A DNA stretch of 64,000 bases from Coriobacteriia bacterium. GTDB taxonomy: Bacteria > Actinomycetota > Coriobacteriia > Anaerosomatales > JAAXUF01. The notes under the pieces are model-generated. The model worked only from the letters and a program-made list of their open reading frames with translations, ran no database searches and was not told the origin of the DNA. This document shows, piece by piece, positions 1 to 10,238 of the stretch; position 1 is the first letter of the stretch, and the number at the start of each line of letters is the position of its first letter. Position numbers and translations under genes: made by a program. The DNA lies in the NCBI GenBank assembly GCA_038245725.1, contig JBBRSD010000006.1, forward strand, positions 41,036-105,035, given 5' to 3'.

Positions 1-1382
1 GCGCGTGCCACAGCCACATCTCGCTCGAGCTCGACAGCCAGTTCGCCATCGTTACCGCAACCGCGCTCAAGGGACTTCGAGGCCGCGGCCGACACGAGCG
101 AATGCACGAGGTTTTGCCATTTCTTTCCATTGGCGCCGGTCACGCCCTCGTGCGCGAGGTCGCGCACCGTCTCGGCAGCCTGTCCGAGATGCGTCCCGAT
201 TCGCGCTGCCATATCAGCCAGCAGCCGACTCGGGTCCGTGACGCGGAGCCGCCTCCACTCCCTATCGATTGCTGCGGCCGTTTCGGCTGACACGTCGCTG
301 TGCGGACCGAGCAGCACCCCCAGTGCCGTCGCCCGATCTCCCGATCCGAGGGCCAACGTCACTAGAGCACCGATCGAGCGGCCCAGCGGCGTCACGGCCA
401 CTGGTCGGGCAAGGTCGATCTCGCACGGAACGCCTTCAGCGGTCAACGCAGTCTCCAGCCGGTGAGCCGCAACTCCAAGATCGGGGAATGCCACGACGAT
501 GCGTTCTGGAGCGATGCCCGATTCCACGGATTCAGCCACACGCCTCGCGACCAGCGCCGCCTCGGCCTCCGAACCGGCGGCCAGTCCCACGCGAACGGCC
601 CCGTCACTGCGCACGCCCACCACGCCTGCGTAAAGCCGGTCGATGAGATCGACCAATTCGCCTTCTGCCTCCGCCTCGGGAACCTGTGTGACGCTCCTGG
701 CCCGCGCCTGAAGCCGCTCGGCAGTCGCATCCAGCGCGCGCGTGGGAGCGAAGCCGTCTTCCCACGTTAAGGCGATGACGACGTCGTTTCTCTGCGAGAG
801 TCCCTCGAGCAGCGCGAGTTCCGGCTCATCAAGATCCGCGAATCGATTGGCCGCAACAAGTCCTTCGAGGCTGACCGGTTCCGCACCTAGCGCACGCCAT
901 GCCTCGGAGCGCTCCACGAGCCCGGCTCCACGAAGAAGTCCTCTGTACCGACGACAGATTGCGTCGATTCCGCTCATTGTCTCGGATTCGAGGGCGCGCG
1001 GATCGGGGGCGTTCTCGGCCATTATCTGCACGATCCGCACTATGATCGCCGAGAAACCGGCCGTGCCCGATACTGAGGCGAGTGCCGCGGAGGGGACCTC
1101 GACAATCGCCCTCCGGACGAACGCCTCTCGCGACGCGCCGGCGACGATGCGCCGGCCGTCTCCGTGCAGCCGCCACAGGCTGTCAGCCCACTGCGTCAGC
1201 GTCGAAACGACCAACCCGACCGGTGCCTTCTCGGCGTACTCATGCTCGGCGCGACGAACATCGGCAACGCTCGGTAGCAGCAGCATGGGCGTGTGCCCGC
1301 AGGCAAGCGACTCAAGCAGCCGCTCGTTGATAACGCCCGTCTTGCCCGAGTTGGCTCGCCCGGTTATCAGATGCAGCGACAT
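1..1382 (-). CDS. AddB/RexB-like ATP-dependent helicase-nuclease subunit (5' part; runs off the left edge)
   Basis: Absent from the ORF track, consistent with no stop inside the window. Manual translation from ATG 1382 (RBS GAGGGGAG): MSLHLITGRANSGKTGVINERLL...PMLLLPSVADVRRAE, the N-terminal P-loop-like motif typical of AddB. Confidence 0.7.
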   Translation of the reverse strand, partial: MSLHLITGRANSGKTGVINERLLESLACGHTPMLLLPSVADVRRAEHEYAEKAPVGLVVSTLTQWADSLWRLHGDGRRIVAGASREAFVRRAIVEVPSAALASVSGTAGFSAIIVRIVQIMAENAPDPRALESETMSGIDAICRRYRGLLRGAGLVERSEAWRALGAEPVSLEGLVAANRFADLDEPELALLEGLSQRNDVVIALTWEDGFAPTRALDATAERLQARARSVTQVPEAEAEGELVDLIDRLYAGVVGVRSDGAVRVGLAAGSEAEAALVARRVAESVESGIAPERIVVAFPDLGVAAHRLETALTAEGVPCEIDLARPVAVTPLGRSIGALVTLALGSGDRATALGVLLGPHSDVSAETAAAIDREWRRLRVTDPSRLLADMAARIGTHLGQAAETVRDLAHEGVTGANGKKWQNLVHSLVSAAASKSLERGCGNDGELAVELERDVAVAR

Positions 1383-1430
1383 GTCACTCCCCTCTCATCG
1401 GCAGGAGCACCATGCCAGAGGGGTCTGACA

Positions 1431-1724
1431 CTATCCTTGCGCTTGCGTGTAGCGCTGCACGCCTTCCTGGATCTCGCGAACTTTGCGCCACGCCGCTTCC
1501 TCGTCCCGCCCGAGATAGTGATCGACGCGTCCACCTATCAACTCTGCGGCGTGTTCCGCTCTTTCGGCTAGTCCCCGTGCAACATCGGCGGCCCTCAAAG
1601 CCTCGTTGGCGAGCCGCTGCCGCGTCTTGGAACCGCTGCTTGGCGCAAACAACATGCCCGCCACGAACCCCGCAAGCGCCCCGACGACGAGTCCAATGGG
1701 CAAATATTCCAGATTTCGTCTCAC
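1431..1724 (-). CDS. YtxH domain-containing membrane protein
   Basis: GLVVGALAGFVAGMLFAPSSGSKTRQRL matches the YtxH signature; overlaps the parB stop. Confidence 0.8.
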   Translation of the reverse strand: MRRNLEYLPIGLVVGALAGFVAGMLFAPSSGSKTRQRLANEALRAADVARGLAERAEHAAELIGGRVDHYLGRDEEAAWRKVREIQEGVQRYTQAQG

Positions 1725-2599
1725 TCTTCGCCTCCCATCACAGGCACCGCTTCAGTCAGCAGCGTGAAGATTCGTTCGAGCTCGTCTTCCCCGTGAAATT
1801 CGATCTCGATCTTGCCTTTGTCTTTTACGAGCCTGACCTTCACGTTGGTCGTAAGCAGCCGGCGAAGCCGCCGAGCCACAAGCTTGAACGCCTTGGGAGT
1901 GGCTGGCCGAGGAGCCCGGTCTACCTGGCCTGCGGCGTAGAGTCGCGCCAGGTTCTCCGCTTCCCGCACCGACAGTCCCTCGTCGACTATCTTCTGGGCG
2001 AGTTTGAGCCGAATCGCCTCGTCGGGAACCGACAGTACGGCGCGAGCGTGCCCCGCAGTCATCTTGCCCGTGTAAACGAGCTCTTGCACCTCGTCGGGCA
2101 AGTCCAACAAGCGGAGGGCGTTGGTGATAGTGGATCGCGACTTCGAGACTTTGTCTGCGAGCTCGGCTTGGGTCATGCGATATTCGGTCAACAGCCGACG
2201 ATATCCCCGGGACTCTTCGATTGCGTTCAGGTCCTGGCGCTGCAAGTTCTCGATAAGCGCTAGTTCCAAGGACTCCGTCGCGGTCGTAGACATCACGCGT
2301 ACCGGGACGCGCTGCAATCCAGCCAGTCGAGAGGCTCGCCAACGGCGTTCTCCTGCAATAATCTGGTAACCCTCCCCTTGCGCACGCACGATGATGGGCT
2401 GGAGAACGCCAACCTTCTTGATCGAATCCGAGAGCTCGGCGATGCCTTCTTCTCCGATATCAGTGCGAGGTTGTTCAGGGTTTGGTGAAATCATCTCAAT
2501 CGCGAGTTCCGTGATCACATCTGATGCCTGCGAAGCCTGCGACGCGCTCGGGATGAGGGCGGAAAGTCCGCGGCCGAGCCCTCTCTTAGACACGGTCAA
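1721..2599 (-). CDS. parB: ParB/Spo0J chromosome partitioning protein
   Basis: KRGLGRGLSALI N-terminus, PNPEQPR, IIAGERRWRA CTP-binding motif, HTH TQAELADKVSKSRSTITNALRLL. Start may be GTG 2593. Confidence 0.97.
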   Translation of the reverse strand: MTVSKRGLGRGLSALIPSASQASQASDVITELAIEMISPNPEQPRTDIGEEGIAELSDSIKKVGVLQPIIVRAQGEGYQIIAGERRWRASRLAGLQRVPVRVMSTTATESLELALIENLQRQDLNAIEESRGYRRLLTEYRMTQAELADKVSKSRSTITNALRLLDLPDEVQELVYTGKMTAGHARAVLSVPDEAIRLKLAQKIVDEGLSVREAENLARLYAAGQVDRAPRPATPKAFKLVARRLRRLLTTNVKVRLVKDKGKIEIEFHGEDELERIFTLLTEAVPVMGGEE

Positions 2600-3383
2600 T
2601 CACTTCCTTCGAAAGGTTCCTGTAGGCGTCGGCGCCTTTGCCCGACGGATCATAGAGCATTACGGGCTGCCCGAAGCTCGGGGCTTCAGAGAGCCGTACC
2701 GTCCGAGGGATCAGAGTCCTGAAGACCTTGTCTTCGAAGAAGTCCTTGACCTCCTCGACCACCTGCTGAGCTAATCGTGTTCTGGAATCGTACATGGTCA
2801 TGACCACGCCGAAGACCTCGAGTTCTGGGTTCAAATGGGTCTTCACGAGTCGCACGCTATCCAAAAGCTTCGAGAGCCCTTCGAGTGCGTAGTACTCGCA
2901 CTGAATCGGGATGAGAAGCCCCTCGGCCGCAGTTAGCGCGTTGATCGTCAGCAGACCGAGAGACGGCGGGCAATCGATGATGATGAACTCGAAGTCGCGC
3001 TTCACTGGCTCAATGATCGCCTTGAGCCGGCCTTCGCGGCTCATGGCAGACACGAGCTCTATCTCTGCGCCCGCAAGTTGGATTGTGGCAGGCGCTACGA
3101 AGACGTGCTCGATCTCGACAGGCTCGATAATCGCGGCAAGCGGCGTATCGCCGAGAAGCGCATTGTAGATGCACAGCTCACGCTGATTCTTGTTGAGCCC
3201 GAAACCAGAGGTAGCGTTCCCTTGGGGATCAAGGTCCAACAGGAGAACCTTCTTGCCCTCCTGGCCGAGCGCGGCCGACAGGTTGACGGCGGTAGTGCTC
3301 TTCCCGACGCCGCCCTTCTGATTCACCACAGCAAGGATCTTGGCGTCCCAGGGACCGCCCGCACCGTCTGCGTTCGCCTCCAT
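2586..3383 (-). CDS. parA: ParA/Soj ATPase
   Basis: NQKGGVGKSTT deviant Walker A, DLDPQGNAT, DCPPSLG, IPIQCEYYALEG. Start placed at ATG 3383 behind a G-rich RBS (ORF track extends to 3449). Confidence 0.96.
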   Translation of the reverse strand: MEANADGAGGPWDAKILAVVNQKGGVGKSTTAVNLSAALGQEGKKVLLLDLDPQGNATSGFGLNKNQRELCIYNALLGDTPLAAIIEPVEIEHVFVAPATIQLAGAEIELVSAMSREGRLKAIIEPVKRDFEFIIIDCPPSLGLLTINALTAAEGLLIPIQCEYYALEGLSKLLDSVRLVKTHLNPELEVFGVVMTMYDSRTRLAQQVVEEVKDFFEDKVFRTLIPRTVRLSEAPSFGQPVMLYDPSGKGADAYRNLSKEVIDRV

Positions 3384-3432
3384 ACACCCCCCAATCCCAT
3401 CCGTGTGTATCCGCACAGGAGTATAGAGGACT

Positions 3433-4170
3433 TTAGGACCTTCGCACACCCTCGATCAGGGGCGACTTCTGCGCCAGCCCCACGCGCCTAGGAAGCTTGA
3501 CCTTCGCGGCGCCGGACTTCACGTACGCGATTATCGTTCGTCTCTCGGTCCCGCCCGGCACGATGCATTCGCGGAGGCTCACCTGCTCCATTCCCACAAG
3601 CGCGGCCACTCTTCCCGCGTGATTAAGCTCTTCGGTATCAGGAGCACCTTTCAGCGCGACGAAGCGCCCACCGATCGGAAGAAGAGGGGAGGCCAGTTCA
3701 AGTAGCGAGGGCAGGCCCGACACCGCACGCGCCGTGATCACAGAGAACGTCTGGTCCTTCGACTGTGCCAACGTCTCCGCCCGAGCGGTAACCACCTCGA
3801 CTTCACCTGACAGCCCCACTTCTTGCAAAACGGCGTTGACAGCGGCTGACTTCTTGCCGACGGAGTCAAGCAGAACGCCCCGTCTCCTCGAAGCGATGCA
3901 GAGGGGGACTCCCGGGAACCCGCCTCCCGAGCCCAAGTCGAGCAGAACTCCCTCTGAGGCGGCATTGACTTCGGGCAGCGCCAGCAGCGAATCAATGAGA
4001 TGCAGCCTCACGCCGTTTCCCGCATCTGAGATTCGCGTGAGGTTTACAGATTGATTCTTCTCGATGATGCCATCGAGATATTCACCCATAACTCTGAGCG
4101 CCGATTGACTGACCGTGATCGCCGCCTCGGCGGCGAATCTCTCTAAGTCCATCATGTCTGCATCAGTCAT
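3433..4170 (-). CDS. rsmG: 16S rRNA m7G527 methyltransferase RsmG (GidB)
   Basis: NLTRI, HLIDSL, DLGSGGGFPGVP, TARAV, LPRRVG motifs. Start placed at ATG 4170 because the upstream frame runs through parS sites. Confidence 0.95.
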   Translation of the reverse strand: MTDADMMDLERFAAEAAITVSQSALRVMGEYLDGIIEKNQSVNLTRISDAGNGVRLHLIDSLLALPEVNAASEGVLLDLGSGGGFPGVPLCIASRRRGVLLDSVGKKSAAVNAVLQEVGLSGEVEVVTARAETLAQSKDQTFSVITARAVSGLPSLLELASPLLPIGGRFVALKGAPDTEELNHAGRVAALVGMEQVSLRECIVPGGTERRTIIAYVKSGAAKVKLPRRVGLAQKSPLIEGVRRS

Positions 4171-4171
4171 A

Positions 4172-4187
4172 TGTTTCACGTGAAACC
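4172..4187. promoter_or_regulatory. parS centromere-like site 1
   Basis: TGTTTCACGTGAAACC, one mismatch to consensus TGTTTCACGTGAAACA; upstream of rsmG-parA-parB. Confidence 0.92.
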
Positions 4188-4231
4188 TTTCGCCGTCTCG
4201 ACGTCGTGAGTCTATCACTCGGCGTGGATGA

Positions 4232-4247
4232 TGTTTCACGTGAAACC
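4232..4247. promoter_or_regulatory. parS centromere-like site 2
   Basis: Identical TGTTTCACGTGAAACC exactly 60 bp from site 1. Confidence 0.92.
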
Positions 4248-4640
4248 AGTAGTTACACGCGTTGTTCCTTCATGAGGATTGCGAATGCGGTTTCCACGAC
4301 TCAGATTCTCGACTCAGAGCTTTGAGTCATCGGCGCGCGTCAGGCCAACGCACATACTCAATCGGAACGGGGCTTGTCGGGGGCGCTTCGATCACGGCGA
4401 GCGCGAGGATAACCGATTCAGGCCGACGAGCTTCTTCGTCGACGAGGTTCCTACGTCCTGTTCGGGGCTCGTATCGACGCGACCGACTGTACACGCGAGC
4501 AGACACTGTTTCTCTGCGGATAGAAGGCACCGCGCAGGCGAATCATCACGCCGCAATGACTGGAACGAGGCACGGTGCCTGCGAACGGGTTTCGTTAGGC
4601 CAGTCTCCCTCCGAGGCGAGTTCTCACGCCGCGCCTGGAC

Positions 4641-4669
4641 AAAAGGAAGGGGGCGCTTGTGGCGCCCCC
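4641..4669 (-). terminator. Probable intrinsic terminator after jag
   Basis: GGGGGCGC/GCGCCCCC stem followed by TTCCTTTT on the minus strand, just past the jag stop. Confidence 0.65.
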
Positions 4670-4693
4670 GAAACATATCGCGCGTTAGCAGAA

Positions 4694-5482
4694 CTACTTC
4701 GGGGAGATTACCACCATGCGGAACGGGTCCTCGCCTTCGCTCGCCGTGACGATTCGTGCGTCCTCGCGAAGCACAACATGCACCACGCGCCGCTCGTAGG
4801 CGCTCATCGGACGCAGGCGGACCGCAGTGTGCTGCCGCGCCGCGCGGTCTGCCGACCGGCGAGCGATGTCCTCAAGCTTCTGTCGACGTCGGTGGCGATA
4901 ACCTTCGACATCGACGATGATCGGATACCTGAAATCCAGCCGACGACTCGTGATTGCCGAAACTAACGCCTGCAATGCGTCCAGCGTCCGGCCGTGCCTT
5001 CCGATCAGAACAGCGAGGTCGCCTCCGACAACGTCGAGGATGATCTCACCCTCGTCGCCTTCGTATTCTTCGATGCTGCTCCCGTCAATCCCAAATGTCG
5101 TGAGGATGGTCTGGAGCGTCTCCACCGCGGCGTCTGCGACCTTGTCCAGCTCCTCGTCGGTCAGCTCCTTTGCGGGCTGAACCTGCAGGTCTCTCGGAAC
5201 TTGGTCGTCAACGAGCACAGGACTCCCAGCGGGCGCTTCGGCGTCGAGAACCTCTCGAGCTACGCGCTTCGCATCTTCCAGCTCTGCGAGATACTCGGTC
5301 TTGAGCCAGACTCGGACCTTGGCCCCTCGGTCCCCGCCGATGCCGAACATCTTCCGGCCCGGCTCCTCGAGAACCTCATAACCGACGGCGTCTTGCTGCA
5401 CTCCCAGCTCCTCGAGCGCGGCGTCGACGGCCTCGGCCACTGTCGGCGCCTCCATGATGCACTCTCGCTCCATTTCGGACAC
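4694..5482 (-). CDS. jag: Jag/KhpB (EloR) RNA-binding protein (Jag_N, KH, R3H)
   Basis: TVAEAVDAALEELG Jag_N, LIGRHGRTLDALQ KH, MSAYERRVVH R3H. Confidence 0.95.
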   Translation of the reverse strand: MSEMERECIMEAPTVAEAVDAALEELGVQQDAVGYEVLEEPGRKMFGIGGDRGAKVRVWLKTEYLAELEDAKRVAREVLDAEAPAGSPVLVDDQVPRDLQVQPAKELTDEELDKVADAAVETLQTILTTFGIDGSSIEEYEGDEGEIILDVVGGDLAVLIGRHGRTLDALQALVSAITSRRLDFRYPIIVDVEGYRHRRRQKLEDIARRSADRAARQHTAVRLRPMSAYERRVVHVVLREDARIVTASEGEDPFRMVVISPK

Positions 5483-5515
5483 TCTCCTTCTTACACAGCG
5501 CCTTGGGGGCGCAGG

Positions 5516-6361
5516 CTACTTGCTCTTCTTGGAGCCCTTGTTCGAGGGCTTCTTCGAGGCGACCTGATCGGACGTCTCGGATATGCGCTTCTTGGGCTTC
5601 GCCACAGCCGCCACTTCTTCAGACGCAGCGAGCTCGCGCTTCGTGATTGACATAGTGATCTGCTGCTGCGCGATGCCCCAGAGCGAGGAGACGTCCCAGT
5701 ACAGCAGCACTCCGGCCGGAGCGCTCCAGCCGAAGAACAGCATGGCGATCGCCATGTACCCACCGATCATCTTCTGCTGCTTGTCGCCGGGCATAAGCGC
5801 CTGAGGCAGCCAGACGCTGACTGCGAAGACCAGCACAAGCAACACGTAGGGGATCACCGCGGCATAATGGTGAGGTGTCGATTGGACCGCCGTGCGCCAT
5901 AAATCACTCGCAGCATGGGAGATATCTGGAATTATATGGTAGAAAGTCCCGGGCCCATGGTTCTCCGGCCTGGCAAGGTAGGCCAACATCAGGCCTAGTT
6001 TGGGCGCCTTGCCACCAAGAACGCTGTACAGAGCGATAAGCACCGGGAACTGCAGCAGTAACGGGAGACAACCGCCCAGCGGGTTGACCTTGTTCTCCTG
6101 GTAGAACTTGAGCGTCTCCTCTTGGAGCTTCTCTTTGTCGTCCTTGTACTTCACGTTGAGTGCCTTGATGTGCGGCTGGATGCGCTGCATCTCAACCATG
6201 GATTTCGTCTGCTTCCACGTGAGCGGGAGAAGAATGATCCGAATCGCCACTGTGAGGAGAATGATCGCCATGCCCCAGTCGTGGGTGATGCCCTCAAGAT
6301 AGAGGAGGGCAGAGAATATGAGATGCTGGAACTGGAGCCATAGGGCATTCCACGCGGCCAT
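5516..6361 (-). CDS. yidC: Membrane protein insertase YidC
   Basis: WGMAIILLTVAIRIILLPL, NPLGGCLPLLLQFPVL, PAGVLLYW. Start at ATG 6361 with GGAGG RBS. Confidence 0.95.
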   Translation of the reverse strand: MAAWNALWLQFQHLIFSALLYLEGITHDWGMAIILLTVAIRIILLPLTWKQTKSMVEMQRIQPHIKALNVKYKDDKEKLQEETLKFYQENKVNPLGGCLPLLLQFPVLIALYSVLGGKAPKLGLMLAYLARPENHGPGTFYHIIPDISHAASDLWRTAVQSTPHHYAAVIPYVLLVLVFAVSVWLPQALMPGDKQQKMIGGYMAIAMLFFGWSAPAGVLLYWDVSSLWGIAQQQITMSITKRELAASEEVAAVAKPKKRISETSDQVASKKPSNKGSKKSK

Positions 6362-6393
6362 GAAGCCTCCCGGATTCATTGTCAGAGCTGTCC

Positions 6394-6639
6394 CTACGGG
6401 ACGGGATCGTATCCACCTGGATTCCACGGATGGCACCTGCCGATACGTTTCACGGCAAGCCAGCCACCCAGGATTAGTCCGTAGCGTTCGACTGATGTTA
6501 GCGCATACGCAGAACAGGTCGGCGTAAACCTACATGCGCTAGGGAGCGCGGGGGAGATGAAGCGCTGGTAACCTCGGATAACGAGCGCGGCGGCGCGACG
6601 CGGCAGAAACACCAGGAACTCGGTGAAAGCCCTCATCAC
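6394..6639 (-). CDS. yidD: Membrane protein insertion efficiency factor YidD
   Basis: YQRFISP...[11 protein letters not shown]...[17 protein letters not shown]. Confidence 0.96.
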   Translation of the reverse strand: MMRAFTEFLVFLPRRAAALVIRGYQRFISPALPSACRFTPTCSAYALTSVERYGLILGGWLAVKRIGRCHPWNPGGYDPVP

Positions 6640-6968
6640 GTGCCGATTCCTGCGCGACTCACAATATTAGCCAGCGCAGCATCGAGAGCCCTCGGACTTG
6701 CGGTCGAAGTGCCACTTCTCGCCATGAGAGCGACATCGTAACCCGGCCAGGGCCCGCGCGCCCGGCGTACGGCTTCGCGCATGACCCGTTTCGATCGATT
6801 CCGCCAGACCGCGCCACCAAGTTTCTTGCCCGCGACAAAAGCGACGCGGCCTTCTCGGCCGCGTCCTTCTGGTGTGCTCATCACGAGCGCTATAAGCAAT
6901 GGGTGTGCGATCCGGTTCGCAGTTCGAAAGATCGTGTCGATCTCTCTTGTCGACTTGATCGTACTCAT
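6636..6968 (-). CDS. rnpA: Ribonuclease P protein component
   Basis: [27 protein letters not shown] motif; lies between rpmH and yidD. Start 6968 or 6995. Confidence 0.93.
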   Translation of the reverse strand: MSTIKSTREIDTIFRTANRIAHPLLIALVMSTPEGRGREGRVAFVAGKKLGGAVWRNRSKRVMREAVRRARGPWPGYDVALMARSGTSTASPRALDAALANIVSRAGIGT

Positions 6969-7010
6969 GCGACCACGTCCCGTCAGGAACGCCACTCCTC
7001 GCGGAGAGGG

Positions 7011-7145
7011 TTAGGCGCTCAGAACCTTACGGCCCTTGCGACGGCGAGCGGCGAGCACCGCACGGCCACCGCGCGTTGCCATGCGAGCACGGAAGCCATG
7101 CGTCTTCGCGCGCTTCCGGGTATTCGGCTGGTAAGTTCTTTTCAC
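7011..7145 (-). CDS. rpmH: 50S ribosomal protein L34
   Basis: Below the ORF-track size cut-off. GTG start with [53 protein letters not shown] (44 aa). Confidence 0.98.
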   Translation of the reverse strand: MKRTYQPNTRKRAKTHGFRARMATRGGRAVLAARRRKGRKVLSA

Positions 7146-7367
7146 GTTTCCTCCTAGACACGCCCCGGCGGTTCTGGGGCAAAGCCCGACGATTATATGC
7201 GTGCTGCTCAGGCAGTGTCAACGAGCACTCCCGGATCAAGAGGACCCGGCGTCCAGCCTGCGACACGCACGGCAGTCCACATCACTACCTGGGGGAACGT
7301 CTGTTCGAATCATGGTTTCCGCTGGTGAGAGGGTCGCCGAGTCTTGAGCCAAAACTGGCCGGTAATC

Positions 7368-7827
7368 TGTGGATAGTGTGGAAAACGCAGGACTCACGCT
7401 TGTGGAACCTGTGGATAACTCCGTCCGGCTCATTGTTGGCATAAGGCCGCTTTGCTATCATCGCCCCGTCAAGTCAGGCCTGTGCATAACCGGTAGTAAC
7501 GCCTTGAAATAGCCCGTCTAGAGGCCCATATCTACCGTTTGTCACTTTGTCGCACACGTTCTCTCGTCGCTCACATTTCGGCCACTCGACAACGAGATCG
7601 TCAACACAGTTGTGGCGAGGCACTTTCCACAGACTGCCCCGGACGGTTGGACCACTTTCCACACCGATCGAGAGACAGTTCCCCGGCGAACGCCTGCTCG
7701 GAGCTGGGGAATCCCCGATGCGGCTGATCATTCTGACATGAGACTTTCCACACGTGTGGAAAGAGCTGTGGACAAGAATGAAAAGGCCACGTCAGGAGCG
7801 CGTGACCGGCCATCCTTCAGTGGAAAA
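7368..7827. promoter_or_regulatory. DnaA-box cluster (upstream half of a bipartite oriC / dnaA-operon regulatory region)
   Basis: TGTGGATAG 7368, TGTGGAAAA 7377, TGTGGAACC 7401, perfect TGTGGATAA 7410, TGTGCATAA 7481, CTTTCCACA 7623/7655/7744, TGTGGAAAG 7755, TGTGGACAA 7767, AGTGGAAAA 7819. Confidence 0.85.
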
Positions 7828-7930
7828 GTCGGCGGTAGATACGGCCACACGCTGGCAATTCTTGTTTTCTCAGGTGCCGTCCCGCTCGGGACACGCCTGC
7901 CGTATAGGCCATGGAAAGTAGCGGGGGACC

Positions 7931-8818
7931 ATGAAGTCGTTCTACTCATCTCAAGCGGGGTCCGTTCCCGGCGCTGCCCTTATCTGCCCGCCCCATGGGA
8001 TCTCTTCTGGAGAATGCACCCATGTATATACGCGCGCGAGGGTCGCTGTGTACGAGGCACCGGGGGCTGCGCCCCGCGTCGAGGACCTCGGAGGGGCGGC
8101 GATACCTGAGTACATCGAATCGCTCACGGCGCGTGTGTATGAACTCGCGCGCGAGCTGGGCGGTTCCATGCCTTATACGGCGATACGCGAGGTGAGTGAG
8201 AACTTCATCCACTCGGACTTCGCCGAACCGGTCGTTTCCATTCTTGACGGCGGAATGACGATTCGCTTCGCCGATCAGGGGCCTGGGATCGCCGACAAGG
8301 ACCGCGCGGTACTGCCTGGATTCACCACCGCCAATGGCGCTATGAAGAATTACATCCGGGGAGTCGGTTCGGGCCTCCCCATCGTCAGGGACTACCTGTC
8401 TTACTCTGGTGGGTCTCTCCTAATCGAGGACAACCTAGGTGGGGGATCTGTCGTCACGCTCTTCGCCAACGCGCCCGGCCAGGTCGTCTCTCTCGACGAT
8501 TCTCTGTACTCTGACGGGCCGGCCTCCGCCACATTACCGTTACCCGACCGAGGTGACGCTGTCGGCCACACTCCCAAGCCCGACGCCGGCACCGGCCGCC
8601 AGCGCCTGTCTACGCGGCAGAAGCAGGTTCTTGCACTCGTCATGGAGTCCGGTTCTGCGGGCCCGAGCCTGGTTGCTAAGGAGCTCGGAGTCGGCGTGTC
8701 GACGGCCTACCGGGATCTAGCCTCACTTGAGGATCAAGGACTCATTACTTCCGACGGCGGGAAGAGGACGCTCACGGAACAGGGCCTTTGCTGCATGGAC
8801 AGCCTGATCGCCCGATAG
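7931..8818 (+). CDS. GHKL (HATPase_c-like) ATP-binding protein with C-terminal winged HTH
   Basis: IREVSENFIH (N-box), RFADQGPGI (G1), GFTTA, RGVGSGLPIV (G2), EDNLGGGSVVTL; C-terminal LSTRQKQVL...GPSLVAKELGVGVSTAYRDLASLEDQGLI. Confidence 0.85.
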   Translation: MKSFYSSQAGSVPGAALICPPHGISSGECTHVYTRARVAVYEAPGAAPRVEDLGGAAIPEYIESLTARVYELARELGGSMPYTAIREVSENFIHSDFAEPVVSILDGGMTIRFADQGPGIADKDRAVLPGFTTANGAMKNYIRGVGSGLPIVRDYLSYSGGSLLIEDNLGGGSVVTLFANAPGQVVSLDDSLYSDGPASATLPLPDRGDAVGHTPKPDAGTGRQRLSTRQKQVLALVMESGSAGPSLVAKELGVGVSTAYRDLASLEDQGLITSDGGKRTLTEQGLCCMDSLIAR

Positions 8819-8867
8819 CCCGACTGCTTGAAAGACAATCATCCCCAGCTCTCGCGAGGACTTATAT

Positions 8868-10238
8868 ATGCCGATCGACATCGAAGCTATCTGGACGGAC
8901 GTTCTTGAGATCGTCCGGGAAGAACTCAACGAACCGAGCTTCAAGACATGGTTCGAGCACACCAAGGCGGTCAAGCTGACGGACACCGGGGTCTTTGTCG
9001 TCGGGGTGCAGAACGATTTTGCGAGGGCGTGGCTGGAGGACCGCTACACACAGCGGCTCAGCGCCGCCCTGACTCAGGTGGTGGGCGAGGATCTGACCGT
9101 CCAGATCGTCGTGGATGGGGAGCTCGTGCAAACGGAAACCCTGGAAATCGCGCCTGAAGCTCCTGAGAAGGTCGCGGCTCCACAAGAGCGCGCCACCACG
9201 GCGGACGAGCGGGGCGAGTTCGACCCTAAGTACACCTTCGATTCATTCGTGGTAGGCGATTCCAACGCCTTTGCCCGAACGGCCGCCTTGTCTGTCGCTG
9301 AGCAACCAGGTCTGAAATACAACCCTCTGTTCATCTGGGGCGGCCCGGGTCTTGGAAAGACGCACCTTCTGCAGGCTATCGGCCTCTACGTGACGCACAA
9401 CTTCCCTCATAAGAGGGTGATCTATGTCACTTCTGAACAGTTCACGAACGACTATATCGACTCTCTCGGTCCTAAGACTACCGATCGCTTTCGCCAAAAG
9501 TATCGCTCGGTCGACGTTCTTCTCATCGACGACATCCAGTTCCTAGAGAAGAAGGAGGGCATCCAGGAGCAGTTCTTCCACACATTCAACGAACTGCAGA
9601 GGCACGGCAAGGCGGTTGTTCTCGCCTCGGATCGCCCTCCTAAAGACATCAACATGGAAGAGCGCTACCGTTCTCGTTTCGCTGCCGGCTTGCAGGCAGA
9701 CATCCAGCCGCCTAACTACGAAACCCGACTCGCGATCCTGCGTCAGTTTGTGGAAAGTGAGCATCTCCCCATCGAACCCGACGTACTCTCCTATGTGGCA
9801 GACATTACCACTCCTAACATCCGAGAAATGGAAGGTGCGATGACCAGGATCGGGGCATGGCTACACCTCTCTAAACGCTCAGTCGTCGATCTCGAGATGG
9901 CGAAGGAAGTTCTACTCACCGTCTTTCCTGAGCATTCCACACGTCCTATATCAATCTCTTCGATCCAGCGAGAGGCGTGTCGCTTCTTCGGCATCAGCCA
10001 TGCCGAGCTGGTTGGCAGCAAGCGGTCGCAGTCAATCGTTTATCCTCGGCAGATAGCGATGTATCTATCCCGTGAGTTGACCGACCTGTCGCTTCCTAAG
10101 ATCGGGGACGAGTTTGGAGGACGCGACCACACCACTGTCATGCACGCGACGGCTAAGATACAGAAGCTCATGAGCGAGCAAAGAGACGTCTACAACCAGG
10201 TGCAGCAGCTGACGAACGCGGTCAAGCAAAAGAACTGA
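8868..10238 (+). CDS. dnaA: Chromosomal replication initiator DnaA
   Basis: [48 protein letters not shown]. Confidence 0.99.
   Translation: MPIDIEAIWTDVLEIVREELNEPSFKTWFEHTKAVKLTDTGVFVVGVQNDFARAWLEDRYTQRLSAALTQVVGEDLTVQIVVDGELVQTETLEIAPEAPEKVAAPQERATTADERGEFDPKYTFDSFVVGDSNAFARTAALSVAEQPGLKYNPLFIWGGPGLGKTHLLQAIGLYVTHNFPHKRVIYVTSEQFTNDYIDSLGPKTTDRFRQKYRSVDVLLIDDIQFLEKKEGIQEQFFHTFNELQRHGKAVVLASDRPPKDINMEERYRSRFAAGLQADIQPPNYETRLAILRQFVESEHLPIEPDVLSYVADITTPNIREMEGAMTRIGAWLHLSKRSVVDLEMAKEVLLTVFPEHSTRPISISSIQREACRFFGISHAELVGSKRSQSIVYPRQIAMYLSRELTDLSLPKIGDEFGGRDHTTVMHATAKIQKLMSEQRDVYNQVQQLTNAVKQKN

Noticed and set aside
4171..4239. N-terminal extension of RsmG (MKHH...FHVKH)
   Set aside because: It is translated parS sequence, not RsmG-like protein.
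4250..4640. Small ORFs and the GACTCAGA duplication in the rsmG-jag gap
   Set aside because: No RBS-supported protein-like ORF; the repeat is only 8 bp in two copies.
8009..8045. Possible dinucleotide frameshift at TATATA/CGCGCGCG after an RBS-like GGAG and an out-of-frame ATG (8022)
   Set aside because: The 7931 frame is open through this region, so no slip is needed; no independent evidence.
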